A stretch of 45,220 nt of DNA, filler included, from Okamejei kenojei (taxonomy: Eukaryota), in assembly GCA_035221665.1 (NCBI GenBank). It is 2 parts of 2 records of this genome, joined end to end, with 100 filler letters (N's around TTAATTAATTAA, not from the genome) between each part and the next. Parts side by side here need not be neighbours in the genome. Positions count along the whole stretch, not along the records: positions 1 to 20,850 come from CM069169.1; positions 20,951 to 45,220 come from JAVHYY010000181.1. One strand, given 5' to 3'. A program made the translations under genes and the position numbers. The notes beneath the pieces were generated by a model, which had not been told where the DNA came from, did no database searches, and was given only the letters and a program-made list of their open reading frames with translations. Positions 11,493-23,245 of this stretch are shown one piece after another. Position 1 is the stretch's first letter, and each line of letters begins with the position of its first letter.

Positions 11493-12324
11493 CACTCTAT
11501 CTCGGTAAAGCAACCAACATAATCAATGTCCGAAGAAGTGTCTCGACCAGAAATGTCGCCCATTCCTTCTCTCCAGAGGCGCTGCCTGTCCCGCTGAGTT
11601 ACTCCAGCATTTTGTGTCTACCTCTAACTGTAATCAAAGACTTGTCCCACCCCAGTCATTCCTCCTCACACAGGTCTGAAGAAGGGTTCCGACCCAAAAC
11701 GTCGCCCATCCTTTTTCTCCAAAGATGCTGCCTGACCAGCAGAGTTACTCCAGCACTTTGTTTCTATCTTGGGCCAACCAACCCTAACTGTTCCCGAATT
11801 AAAGTCTGGAACTGCAGCATCAATGTAAAAGCTTGTAATCTGGAGTTTTCTAGTTTGTGCAAATTCCTTACTGATATAACTTTGCTCACAAGGTTGTTGA
11901 TCATCTCAAAGAAAATAGATTCAATGTGTGAACTGTGCAAATCTACATAAAAGGAGTGGAACGGTGGTTTTAAGGGATTTGAATAAACAGTTTGATTCAA
12001 CAGTGCAGTGCTTCATGCTTGCAAGATTTGTCTAAGAAAACTGGAGAAACATTCTGTGATACTACGAATATTAATGAAATGTCCAAATATTTTTTAGTCT
12101 GGGAGATTGCTAACCAGATTTCCTAGAATAAATACTGGATGTTAATAAAATCTGACATCAGGAGGTTGCAAAGTATCAAAATTTAGCAGCTGTTTACTTT
12201 GGCTTGATGTTTTAGAGTGTAGCTATGTGTGAACGCTATTGAGGAAGAGGATCGTTCGATAAGAAAGATGAGAGGCAACGCTGTCATTCATTTTGATGAG
12301 AAGAATATAAAAATGTAAGAAATA

Positions 12325-12600
12325 GGAGTGGATGTGCCTTTGGAAAGGAGATGGGGAGGAATTTCTTGAGCCAGAGGGTGGTGAATCTGTGGAATTAATT
12401 GCCACAGTTGGTAGTGCCAGCCAAAGCCATTGGGTATGCGAGAGTGATAGGTTCTTGATTAGGAAGGGTGTCAAATGTTATGGGGAGAAGGCAGAAGAAT
12501 AGGGTTGTGAGGGAAAAAATTGATCAACTATGATCGAATGGCAGAGGAGACTCCATGGGCCGAATGGCCTAGTTCTGCTCCTATGTCTTGTGAACTTATG
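12325..12600 (+). mobile_element. CR1 LINE 3' end fragment
   Basis: gagggtggtgaatctgtggaatt...gggccgaatggccta.ttctgctcctatgtctt terminal signature. Confidence 0.8.
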
Positions 12601-12784
12601 AGTGAGCCATTAAGCCCCTCATCTGCTCTGCATGAGTGGTTTGATTAATGCAGTCTTTTTCTTTTCACTGCCATGCAGAATTTGTCTATTTTCTGTATAA
12701 TTTGTGTGTTATGAGTCTGACTGTGATAATTCTGCAAGTAAGGGTTCCATGCCACCTGTACATCATCGTACTTCTGCCTATGCC

Positions 12785-13305
12785 ATAGAAACATAGAAAA
12801 TAGGTGCAGGAGTAGGCCATTCGGCCCTTCGAGCCTGTACCGCCATTCAATATGATCATGGCTGATCATCCAACTGGGTATCCTGTACCTGACTTCTCTC
12901 CATACCCCCTGATCCTTTTAGCCACAAGGGCCACATTTAACTCCCTCTTAAATATAGCCAATGAACTGGCCTCAACTACCTTCTGTGGCAGATAATTCCA
13001 CAGATTCACCACTCTCTATGTGAAAAATGTTTTATTCATCTCGGTCCTAAAAGACTTCCCCCTTATCCTTAAACTGACCCCTTGTTCTGGACTTCCCCAA
13101 CATCGGGAACAATCTTCCTGCATCTAGCCTGTCCAAACCCTTAAGAATTTTGTAAGTTTCTATAAGATCCCCCCTCAATCTTCTAAATTCTAGAGAGTTC
13201 AAGCAGAGTCTATCCAGTCTTTCTTCATATGAAAGTCCTGCCATCCCAGGAAACAGTCTGGTGAACCTTCTCTGTACTCCCTCTATGGCAAGAATGTATT
13301 TCCTA
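12785..13305 (-). mobile_element. CR1 LINE 3' fragment (young)
   Basis: Minus ORF GLSYEERLDRLCLNSLEFRRLRGDLIETYKILKGLDRLDAGRLFPMLGKSRTRG; (ttctatg)-type tail at 12785-12800. Confidence 0.9.
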
Positions 13306-16300
13306 TGACAATAAACTTAACTTGCTTTTCATTAAGATCATGACCCTACCTTTTACTGCTGTCACTTACCTGAACCAGCCTTCTATTTTTCGATTACTTA
13401 ATATCTAAAAATCGATCTGCCTCTCTTGAAGATACTCAGCAACTGGGCATCTTCAGCCTTCTAGTACTGAGAATTTCAAAGCCTCGTTACCCTCTGGGTG
13501 AAAGAAGTTCTCTTCATTGTTGTCCTATACGGTTACCCTCTTAATTTGATGGATGACCCGTGATTCTAGAAAACCCATCTGTGTCTCAGCCCCGTTGAGT
13601 ATTGGCTGCATATTTCAATGTGGTCACCCCTCATATTTCTAAACTAGGGGGACAAGCAAACGCTTCTTAGCCCATCCTCAGGAATGACCCACCATCCCGG
13701 GAATCAAATTTTGCGTTATTGCTTCACGTATATTCCGTCGGACACGTTTTTGCGTTATTCCGTCTGAAGAAGGGTCTCGACCGGAGACGTCTCCCTTCCC
13801 TTCTCTCCAGAGATGCTGCCTGTCCCGCTGAGTTACTCCAGCATTTTGTGTCTGTCTTCAAGTATATTCCTTGTTTTGGTTGGGTAATCAGACCCCTAAA
13901 CGCACAATATGATATCTCGATATGATGTCCCCAGGGGCCTGTATAATTGTAGTAAAGCATTTCTTGTCCGCTAATCCTTGTGTATTAAAAGATTAGAGGG
14001 CGAGAGATTAAAGGATTTGGGAGTGGGACAGTGGCGCAGCGAATAAAGCTGCTACATCCAACAAACGCCAAGCACCCAGGTTCAGCCCTGACCATGGGTG
14101 CTGTCTGCGTGGAGTTTGCACGTTCTCCCGTGACTAGATTTCCCTCTCGCATCCCAAAGACGTGTGGCTTGCTGGGTTAGTTGTTGCATATTGCTCTAGC
14201 GGGTGGTGGAATGTTAGAAAATGGGGCGGTGAGGCTGCAGTGGAAATAAACATGGCATTAATGTCAGATCAGTGTGAATGGATGGTGGTTGATAGGCAAC
14301 GTCTGTGGGTCAAAGGGCCTGTTTATATCCTCCACCCCTCGGATTCTAACATATAACATGATTTTCCAAGTTTTGATGTACTTGTTAACTTTCATTTGTG
14401 TGTGTGAAAGCCCAACTTCCACGCTAGTAAATTGCCTCCATTCCCATGTGCTCTTATCTTATTTAATAACTTATCCTGTGTTAACTTAAGTGCCTCATTA
14501 CCACTTCCTTCCTAGGGTTGAGAGTTTCCTGTACTATTCACGTCAGAGTAAATTGTCTGTGGTTCCCTCTTTTCTTTCCCCTCTCCTTTAAAGGATTACA
14601 TTTTCTTCTTATTCCTTGGCAATTATATGACTGTATGAGTCTGGAAGTTATATGACTCTTTCTCATTCCCACCCTTTCCAAACCCTTTGGCTGTAGGTCA
14701 CTGGGTCCTGGGGATTTATCATCTTTAAATCACTTTCATTTCTTCTTTGAACAATTGTTAGTTTCTTTGAACTAATTTGTCGAAGACTTTAGTTCTCAAT
14801 CCTTTCAGGAAGGTCGCTTCTCTCTTCCATAAAGACAAAGGCGCAGTGTTGATTTTTTTTCTCTGCCATTTCCTCTCCCCTGATACATCTCGCTCTGCAA
14901 GTAACCCACACTGACATTTGCTCATCTTCCTTTTGCCTTACTTGAACTTAAGATGTTTGTTCACTTATTCTTATATTGTGTCGAAAGGAACTGCAGATGC
15001 TGGTTTATACTGAAGACAGACACAAAGTGCTGGAGTAACTCAGTGGGTCAGGCACCATCTCTGGAGAATAAGGATGGGCGATGTTTCGGGTCGGGGGCTA
15101 AAGAAGCCCGCTGAGTTACTCAAGCACCTTGTGTCTATGTTCATATATTGTTTTGCCTTTTGATGTGTTTATTCTTCTTTGCTTGGGAATTAATTTTAAT
15201 TATTTCATATCTCCGCAATTTTATTCATAACATTTTCAACTTTATCCTCAGTCACTTTCAAACGGGGCTATGTAGTAAAGGTACGCTGAAGAAATTGAGT
15301 GAAAAACCATGGAGGCAATTGGAGGTGGTGTAAGACATCTAATGGTGGACGTTTAACGTGAATTAACAAATGAATCTTTTCCGGTGGTGTTTTCGATACC
15401 TAAATAAGCTGTGTGACAACACTGATATCCCTTTCTCCACCGACTGGATTAATGATCGTAGCGCCAGGAAGTGCTGCAGCAAATGTTTCCCAGAGGAAGG
15501 TTATTAGGATCAAATAATTACGGAAATGAAACCAGGACAGCAATTTTTTTTTTACAGCGTTAAACACATAGGTCTTCAAAATGTTTAATGACTAGTTTTG
15601 AAAGACTTATCAAGAGGAGACTGGAGCATTTTAATTTACCTAATGTAGGGCAATTGAAATGGGATATCACTGAGGTTTCAATTCCCACAGTGACTGTAGC
15701 ATAATTATTAATTTGAATTACCTATTCATTTTGAGCTTGCACTTTAAATTCCAGCTGGTCTGTATATTGACAATACCATGACTGTTCAACACTCCGGGCT
15801 GCTAACATTGAGGGCTTTTATCCCCTTCAATTTTGAGGGATTTGGCAGGCTCAGCATTTTTGTATACCAACTGGAAAAATCCACATGATTATTACTTGCA
15901 AAATGCAAGAGAGGAAGTTTTCCCTTTTTAGTAATTTTCCATTTACTAGAGGCAGTCCTTGTGATCAGCTACGCATCATGCCTGCAAAATATAGATTGCA
16001 GCTGTGTGGGTGTCACTCGGACTGCATGGAAGTTTACATTGGAATTGGAAACAATGGTTTCTGATGGATATCATTTCTCTATAATCAAACTGTTTTGAAG
16101 CTGAAGGTGGACAAAAGTGCTGGAGAAACTCAACAGGTGAGGCAGCATCTATGGAGCGAAGGAAATGGGTAACGTTTCGGGTTGAAACCGAGATAGCTGT
16201 TTAATTTTAGAAAGAGGATATTTTTGGCTTAAGGACTTTGGGTACGAATTTTAGGTAAGCATGTTTCTCAGCACATTATATGCTTCGTGTGTGGAAAGGA

Positions 16301-16845
16301 ACTGCAGATGCTGCTTCATACTGAAGATGACACAAAGTATTGGAGTAACTCTGTGGTGAGGCAGCATGTCAGCAAAAGGGATGGATGGCATTTTGGGTCA
16401 CGACCCTTCTTCAGACTGGTCCTGACCCGAAACGTCTCCCATCTTTGTTCTCCAGAGATGCTTCTGGGCCCGCTGAGTTATTAGACGGGTTCGAACCAAA
16501 GATGTTCGAACGTAGGTCTCTGGTGCTGTAAAGCAGCAACTCTATAGCTGCGTCACTGTGCCGTCCCAAAGGTTGATATGTCTCCTGTAGATTTGTTGGT
16601 TCAGTTAGACAGTGTTCACTTGGGATACAATTTAATAAACAAAACTAAATATTGTTGCCCCATTTGGAAGGTATATGTGCCATGGGGGGGGGGGGGGGGG
16701 GGGGGTTCTGTGCCAGGGTGCCTAGGGGCGTGTCCTGCCAGGGGTCTCAGCTGGTGCTGCCGGGCGGGCAGTGCTGGGGGTTAAAAGTGGGATGAGAGAC
16801 AGGAGCGGGTACGACTTTTCCAGCCAACAGGATAGCTATGGACAA

Positions 16846-17022
16846 AAATGCTGGAGAAACTCAGCGGGTGAGGCACCATCTATGGAGGGAAGGAAATTAG
16901 GCAACGTTTCGGCCCGAAACATTGCCTATTTCCTTCACGCCATAGATGCTGCCTTACCCGCTGAGTTTCTCCAGCATTTTTGTCTACCTTTGATTTTCCA
17001 GCATCTGCAGTTCCTTCTTGAG
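16846..17022. mobile_element. Near-perfect hairpin Penelope-pLTR-like element with 18-bp TSD
   Basis: CAGGATAGCTATGGACAA at 16828-16845 and 17023-17040. Arms fold around the apex gtttcgg-c-ccgaaac. Confidence 0.85.
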
Positions 17023-17710
17023 CAGGATAGCTATGGACAACAGCTCCTCTGTGCTGCAAAGCTCTGTGTGGTAGCTGTGGACCTCCTACTTTGGAAAGTT
17101 TCTTCTGATGTTTCTTGATGCAATAGTGAGGGTGAGGTTAAGCTCCCTGATGATTCAGGTGGTAATGAATGTCCCTTCAGTTCTCCTTCATCTTTAAGGG
17201 TGATTCAGTCGCAGAATATTTCTTGGAACCTCGATATTGTCTCCTTTGTGATTTTTCTTTTAGCTTTTTTTTTTGTTGAAGATTTTTTGTTGAAACCCCT
17301 CTCTGTGTAACTCCTGTTTAATCAGTGAATCCCACAAACTCTACCTTTGTACATTACCAGAATATGAAAGACCCATGTTGCTTCCTTGGAAAGAATGGTT
17401 CATCTTTGATCATTGAAATTAAGCCAAGGAAGATGTGGTCACTTGACACGCAAGTGAAAAATGAGAAAAGGCCGCAGCTGAGATTGTGGCTTTGGCAACG
17501 AGACAATAACTCTCATACCCTGAAATCTTGTCCAAAACAATCCTTCAGCAGCGACACAGCATTTGTCCACTGGGTCTTTCCTGAAGCTGGAATGAATTCA
17601 GCACCTCAAAATATGACTTGAACCCTATTGAACAGACTGCATATTGATGACTCCACCATGCAACCAACATCGATGCTTCCTCCTCCACCAGATCTCCCCT
17701 CTGTCTTCAG

Positions 17711-18358
17711 CATGGAAATAGGCCCCTCGACCCACCGAATCCGCCCCTAACCAGCGATCAACCGTACACTAACACTATCCTACACACTAGGAATAATTTT
17801 ACTGAAGCCAATTAACCTACAAATCTGTTAAAGAAGGAACTGCAGATGCTGGAGAATCGAGGGTACACAAAAAGCTGGAGAAACTCAGCGGGTGCAGCAG
17901 CATCTAAGGAGCGAAGGAGATAGGCGACGTTTCGGGTCGAGACCCTTCTTCAGACTTTATATCTCCTCAAGGTATGCCTACTTTGAAGAAGTTCTCCTCC
18001 TCCCTACGGAGACAGTTTCACAACCTCCTCTCTAACTGCTCCCCCTCTGTGATACCCCCTTCCTTCCAACTCTACGACCACATCCTCACCCAGAAGTCTG
18101 AAGAAGGGTTTCGACCCGAAACGTCGCCTATCTCCTTCGCTCCTTAGATGCTGCTGCACCCGCTGAGTTTCTCCAGCTTTTTGTGTAACCTACAAATCTG
18201 TATGTCTTTGGAGTGTTGGAGGAAACCGGAGCTGCTGGAGAAAACCCACGGGGTCACAGGGAGAACGTGCAAACTCTTTACAGGCAGTACCCGTAGTCAG
18301 GATTGAACCCGGGTCTCTGGCGCTGCAAGGCAGCAACTCTACCGCTGCGCCTCCGTCT
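17711..18358 (-). mobile_element. HE1-type V-SINE split by a nested insertion at 17829-18185
   Basis: The halves 17711-17828 and 18186-18358 join into one SINE matching 8488-8808. Confidence 0.8.
17829..18185. mobile_element. Fold-back Penelope-pLTR-like element with two intact minimal hammerhead cores (minus 17926-17953; plus 18098-18125) and 16-bp TSD
   Basis: TAACCTACAAATCTGT is duplicated at 17813-17828 and 18186-18201. About 90-bp near-perfect inverted arms surround an ~140-bp spacer; each arm has CTGAAGA-A-GGGT(c/t)tcgACCC-GAAA-CG-TC. Confidence 0.88.
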
Positions 18359-19566
18359 CGCATGAAGGATGGGGACATTTCTTTGCTCAGTATCTGCTGA
18401 ATCTTTGGAATTCTCCACCCAAGATTGATGTGGAGGTTCAGTCACACGAGGGTATTCATAATGGTATGTGAGTTTTTAAAAAAACTTTAAGGAATCAATG
18501 GATATGCAGGAAAGTCAGTCTACCATCAGCTATAATAGCGATAAAAGGCAGGGCAGCGATGAAGGGCTGAATGGCCAGCACAGTTATTTCTTCTATTTTA
18601 GGTTCTTCATATAGTGAAAGGCATCTGGCAACATCTAATTCCCTTAGTTTTAGTTAAGTTGGGGGGATGGGGACGGGGACAAACAGCTTACTTTCACTTT
18701 GTATGTAACCAATAAAAGTCGCTGTAAATCAAAACTGTTAAGTTGGTAATGACAGACGTGAACAAGAGGTTGGAGGTTATTCTATTAATTTGGAAGGTAT
18801 AAATGCTGGAGGAATTTGCAATTTATTCATTTCAGCCTTCATAACTCTCGGCTAAATTGAACTCAATTAGCTGAAGCCATAAGTATGTTAAATCTGCTAT
18901 TTATTTTGGAACATTCAGTATTTGAATTTGATCATCAGAATAAACTATCATCTAGTCCCCATAAATTCACTCAGCGGCTCAAGAAATCTAATTGCTTGGT
19001 CTACCTTTGGTGGCCTTACCAGAACATCTTTTGGGGAAGTTTGAACAAAGAAAGCAATGAATTTTCTAAACTTGGATGCAATAAATTCCACATTTACTCT
19101 ACATTCATTATAGATGTAGCGTCTAGCTGAAGGTGGGTTGTTGCAGTGCAATTAAAATATAATTTCAGCGATCAAGCCTTGTGGTTTGTTGCCTTTAATT
19201 TCTCTAATATTCTGGCAACTTTCAACACATTCATTCACGTCTTGGCTGTGTTTTGGGTGCAGCTTTATATTTTGTTTTAATTGGTGTGAAGATTGAATGC
19301 ATCCTCAGAAAAGAATGGTGGAATTGTTCCATAGGTTACCCAACCTGTGAAGAGAAGCGCGCGTTCAGGTTTTGAATTCTGATGATAGGTCATCGACCTC
19401 AAATGTTTCTTTCTCCGTGGATGCTTACTGCCTTGCCGAGAATGTTAATGTCCCTTGTCTGCCGCATTTTGCTTTTTGACAAAGTTCTCATTCTTATTTC
19501 CATATCACAGTATGTGCCCATACTATGTTTCATTTCCTTCAATTCTCTGACCCGTAAAGATATTTA

Positions 19567-19887
19567 TGGCCCTGTCCCACTGTACGAGTTCATTCAAGAG
19601 CTCTCCCGAGTTTAAAAAAAAAATCAAACTCGTGGTAAGCACGGAGAATGTACGTAGCGGGTACGTCGGAGCTCGGGAACGTCTCTTAGCGGCTCGTAAC
19701 GCTAACGGCAGGTACTCGGAGAAACGCGGTAAGCTCGGGAAGACTTGTGAAGATTTTTCAATATGTTGAAAAATGTCAACGAGAGCCCCGAGTACCTACG
19801 AGCGGCCATTACCCTAAGTCTCCGAGTTCGAATCGGGGCAAACTCGGGAGAACTCTTTGAATGAACTCGTACAGTGGGACAGGGCTT
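19567..19887. mobile_element. PIF/Harbinger-type MITE
   Basis: Long TIRs GCCCTGTCCCACTGTACGAGTTCATTCAA... / ...TTGAATGAACTCGTACAGTGGGACAGGGC, with TTA TSD at 19564-19566 and 19888-19890. Confidence 0.88.
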
Positions 19888-20850
19888 TTAGTGTTCATTT
19901 TATGTCTTCTGGTTATCTTTGAATGTATTCACTTCACCCCTGCAGGCTGTACCTCTCAATAATGAAATTGAAATGACTTCATTGTTTTTAAACCTCCATC
20001 TCGCCTCTAAAATATCTTTGGACAATCTCCTTTTGACTAAGCATTTTTCATCTACCCCAGCATGCACCTTAGTAAAATCAGCTTTGATTAAATCTTGTTA
20101 TTCTAAATCATTTTACCACACTTGCAGTGCAGGTGGTTTCAAGTAGGAATGAGGAAGCCATTTTTCACGTAGCAAATTCTGATTCCTACTCTTGTGCTGT
20201 ACGCTTCTATGTTCTATGAACACGTTTTGATTCCTTACCATGTTGAATTGATAGTGTGTCCCAAGAAATATTTTGACTAGGGTGGTTTGCTTCATGTCCT
20301 CAGGATGGATCGTATTGCCTGATGGTGAGACTATTGGCTTAGCCCTGATTATGTTCTGTGCCGTAACTAATAATAATAATAATAATAAATACTTTATTGA
20401 TCCCCTCAGGGAAATTCAGATGCCCAGAAGCCAACAACCAACAAACCCACACATTCAGAACGAAAGCAGACAAAAAATACATAATACAATATGAACAATA
20501 CCTGAAAGCAATAAATACTTAACAAGACCCAATAATTAACTATAAAAAATGCAAAGCATCCCCATACAGCCTAGCGGTCAGCTTTGAGAAACGTAAATTA
20601 ATATGAATGTATTAGTATTTGCAAGTTCCCCCTGTGACCATGTGGGTTGCTTCTGGCTACTCTGGTTTCCTCTTGCATCGCAAAGACGTGTGGGTTGATA
20701 AGTTAATTAGCCACCGTAAATTTTCCCTTGTGTGGAGGTGAGTGGTAAACCTTGGGAAGGTGGGGGAGTTAATGAGTATGTGGGAGGAATATAAAGTGCG
20801 ATTGACATAGGGTTAGTATGAAAGGGTTCTTGAAGGTCACCGTTGACTCA

Positions 20851-20950
20851 NNNNNNNNNNNNNNNNNNNNNNNNNNNNNNNNNNNNNNNNNNNNTTAATT
20901 AATTAANNNNNNNNNNNNNNNNNNNNNNNNNNNNNNNNNNNNNNNNNNNN
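20851..20950. other. Artificial 100-bp scaffold/contig spacer (N44-TTAATTAATTAA-N44)
   Basis: Symmetric N runs surround a 12-mer that gives stop codons in all six frames. Confidence 0.95.
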
Positions 20951-21250
20951 AAGAATCCAAATATCTCTGCCTTAAAAAATATCCCTTTAATTTGAATCCA
21001 CAGCCTTCTGGGGCAATGAATTCCACAGACTCGCCACCTTGTGGAGTGCTGGGATATGGATCACATGCAGGCGGAGGAGATTAGTTTAACGGCACCATGT
21101 TCGGCAGGGACATTGTGGGCCGAAGGGCCTGTTCCTATACTCTTTTGTTCGTTGCTCTATGTTCCTGCCCTAACGACCAGAATTAATGAATGGCCCAGGA
21201 GTCGAGTCCGCTCGACCTATGGAACACTCGCTCACCAGTTAGCAACTCAC

Positions 21251-21296
21251 CTGTTACAAAGGCCAATAGAAGCGGAAATGCAGACAGGATTGACAT
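21251..21296 (-). CDS. Leader (L-PART1) exon of a second TCR V gene; its V exon lies beyond the join
   Basis: MSILSAFPLLLAFVT+G, 46 nt, phase-1 donor ACAG|GTGAG. Paralogous to the leader at 23246-23291. Confidence 0.85.
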
Positions 21297-21600
21297 GGTG
21301 CCCCGTCTAACGTCAGCTGTGAACTCAGAATATTTCTTCAGACGTTAACACTGGATAACCAAGGTGGGAAAATGAATTCAATTCACCGGGGTAACCTTCA
21401 ATTTATGCGGGTGGGAGTGGCCCTGTCCTGCTACACGATTGGCTGGTCTATCACAACCCCGACCGGCATCAGCTGCGTTTCCCGTCATCTCTCTGGTTCG
21501 CGAACCGACTTTCCCCCTTTACCGAAATCCGTCTGAAAAGTAACATTCGCGAACTAAACCCGTTCATTACATCAGTTAAAATTCCGTTCATATTTCCGAA
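21297..21600 (-). promoter_or_regulatory. V-gene 5' flank/promoter (copy 2)
   Basis: Homologous to 23292-23580; shares CAGCTGACGTTA (E-box + CRE-like), CCAATC (21437-21442) and GGGGAAAGTCGG. Confidence 0.6.
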
Positions 21601-22034
21601 ATGTCTCCCTCAACCACCCCAGTGGATAGTTCACAAGTTCATAAGTGATAGGAGTAGAATTAGGCCATTCGGTCCATTAAATCTACTCCGCCATTCTACC
21701 ATGGCTGATGTATCGCTCCCTCCTCGCCCCATTTTCCTGCCGTCTCAAGAACCGAGAACCAAGAACTCCACGGGCGTTCGTGGCAATGAATTCCACATAT
21801 TCACCATCCTCTGCCGGAATAAATTTCTCCCCATCTCCTTTCTCAAGTGACGTTCTTTAATTCTGAGGCTGTGCCCTCTGTTTCACAGTGTCCTAGACTC
21901 TCCCACCAGTGGACACTGGTGAAGAGCGGGCATTGACCGGATGGGCCGGACAGCCCCGGATTGTGTCATTTTTCCTTCCGTTTGTCCGGGCTCGACGCGC
22001 CCTCTAGTGAGCGCTCGCTGCAACAGCCAGAGCC

Positions 22035-22073
22035 GGTTTTTGTCCGGATCCGCCGTCTCCCTGCAACAGTGTG
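22035..22073 (-). promoter_or_regulatory. V(D)J recombination signal sequence, 23-bp spacer
   Basis: Minus strand: heptamer CACACTG (22073-22067), 23-nt spacer, consensus nonamer ACAAAAACC (22043-22035), abutting the V exon. Confidence 0.95.
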
Positions 22074-22383
22074 GGGTTCGTGGCGCACAGATACACGGCG
22101 GAGTCGGACACCAGAGCCCCGGAGAGAGTTAAATGAGACATCTTCTTGTCACGCTGCAAATCAACGTCAAACCTCAGCGGGCATTCTGGAGACCGTTCCA
22201 CCGTTCCTGTGTAAAGTATCCTCAGCAAGTATTCAGGAGATTGCCCGCGATGCTGAATATACCAAAATATATATGTAATAGAACCGCTGTAAGTACAGTT
22301 CAGTGTTGTGGTCTGTCCTTCTTCAGCCGTTGATTCAGGAGGGTCCTGGGTCACTGTATTCTGCCCCTTTGTTGAGCGGAGAC
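22074..22383 (-). CDS. T-cell receptor alpha/delta-type V exon (germline, apparently functional)
   Basis: Acceptor ttctatcag|GT, in frame with the leader. GLRSTKGQNTVTQDPPESTAEEGQTTTLNCTYSGSITYIFWYIQHRGQSPEYLLRILYTGTVERSPECPLRFDVDLQRDKKMSHLTLSGALVSDSAVYLCATN has the V-set Cys23, Trp41 and D-x-A-x-Y-x-C, followed by a 23-RSS. The alpha/delta assignment is by resemblance. Confidence 0.9.
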
Positions 22384-23245
22384 CTGATAGAAGTAAATAC
22401 AATGATGAGAGACATAGAGAGGGCAGACAGTCAGATCCCTTTCCCCGGGGGTGGAAATGTCAAAGACTAGAGGGCATAGATATAATGTCAGAGAGGAATA
22501 TTTTAAAGGATATAAGCGAGGCACGTTATATTACGCAGAGAGTGGTGGATGTCTGGACATTGCTGGTGGAGGCAGATACTGTAGATTCAGAGTCAGAGAG
22601 ACATACAGTGTGGAAACAGGCCCTTCGGCCCAACCTGCGCACACCGACCAACGTGTCCCATCTACACGAGCCCCACTTGCCCGCGTTTCACCCATATCCC
22701 TCTCATCCTGTCCTATCCAATGTCTAATTGGATATATATGTCTAATATATGTCTAATAACCTCTTAATCGAAGATAGTAACATTTTGGAAGGATACATGG
22801 GTGTGTAAGGAGCGGTCATATGTTCGTAAGTGATAGGAGCAGAATTTGGCCATTCGGCCCATCAAGTCTACTCCGCCATTCAGTCATGGCTGATCTCTCT
22901 TTCCCTCTTAACTCAATCCCCCTTCCTTTTCCCCATGAACCCTGACACCCGCACTAATCAAAAATCCATCTCCCTCCAAGAAAAATATCATTTTAATTGT
23001 TCTCCACTGCCTTCCGTGACAAATAATTCCACAGATTCACCACCCTGTGGGGGTGGAGGGATGTGGATCGCATGCAGGGCAGGGAAGTTTAGTTTAACTT
23101 GGCACCATGCTCGGCACGGACTTTGTGGGCCGAAGGGGCTGTCCCTGAGCTGCACTGTTCGATGTTTTATTTTCCTGCAAGAAAGAGCCGAGTGACTGGA
23201 CGGCCCAGGACCTATTGGACACTCGCTCAACAATTAGAAACTCAC

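Noticed and set aside
21884-21922. Perfect heptamer CACAGTG near the V gene
   Set aside because: No nonamer at 12 or 23 bp; it lies within a CR1 fragment. The same applies to the heptamers near 26244 and 26447.
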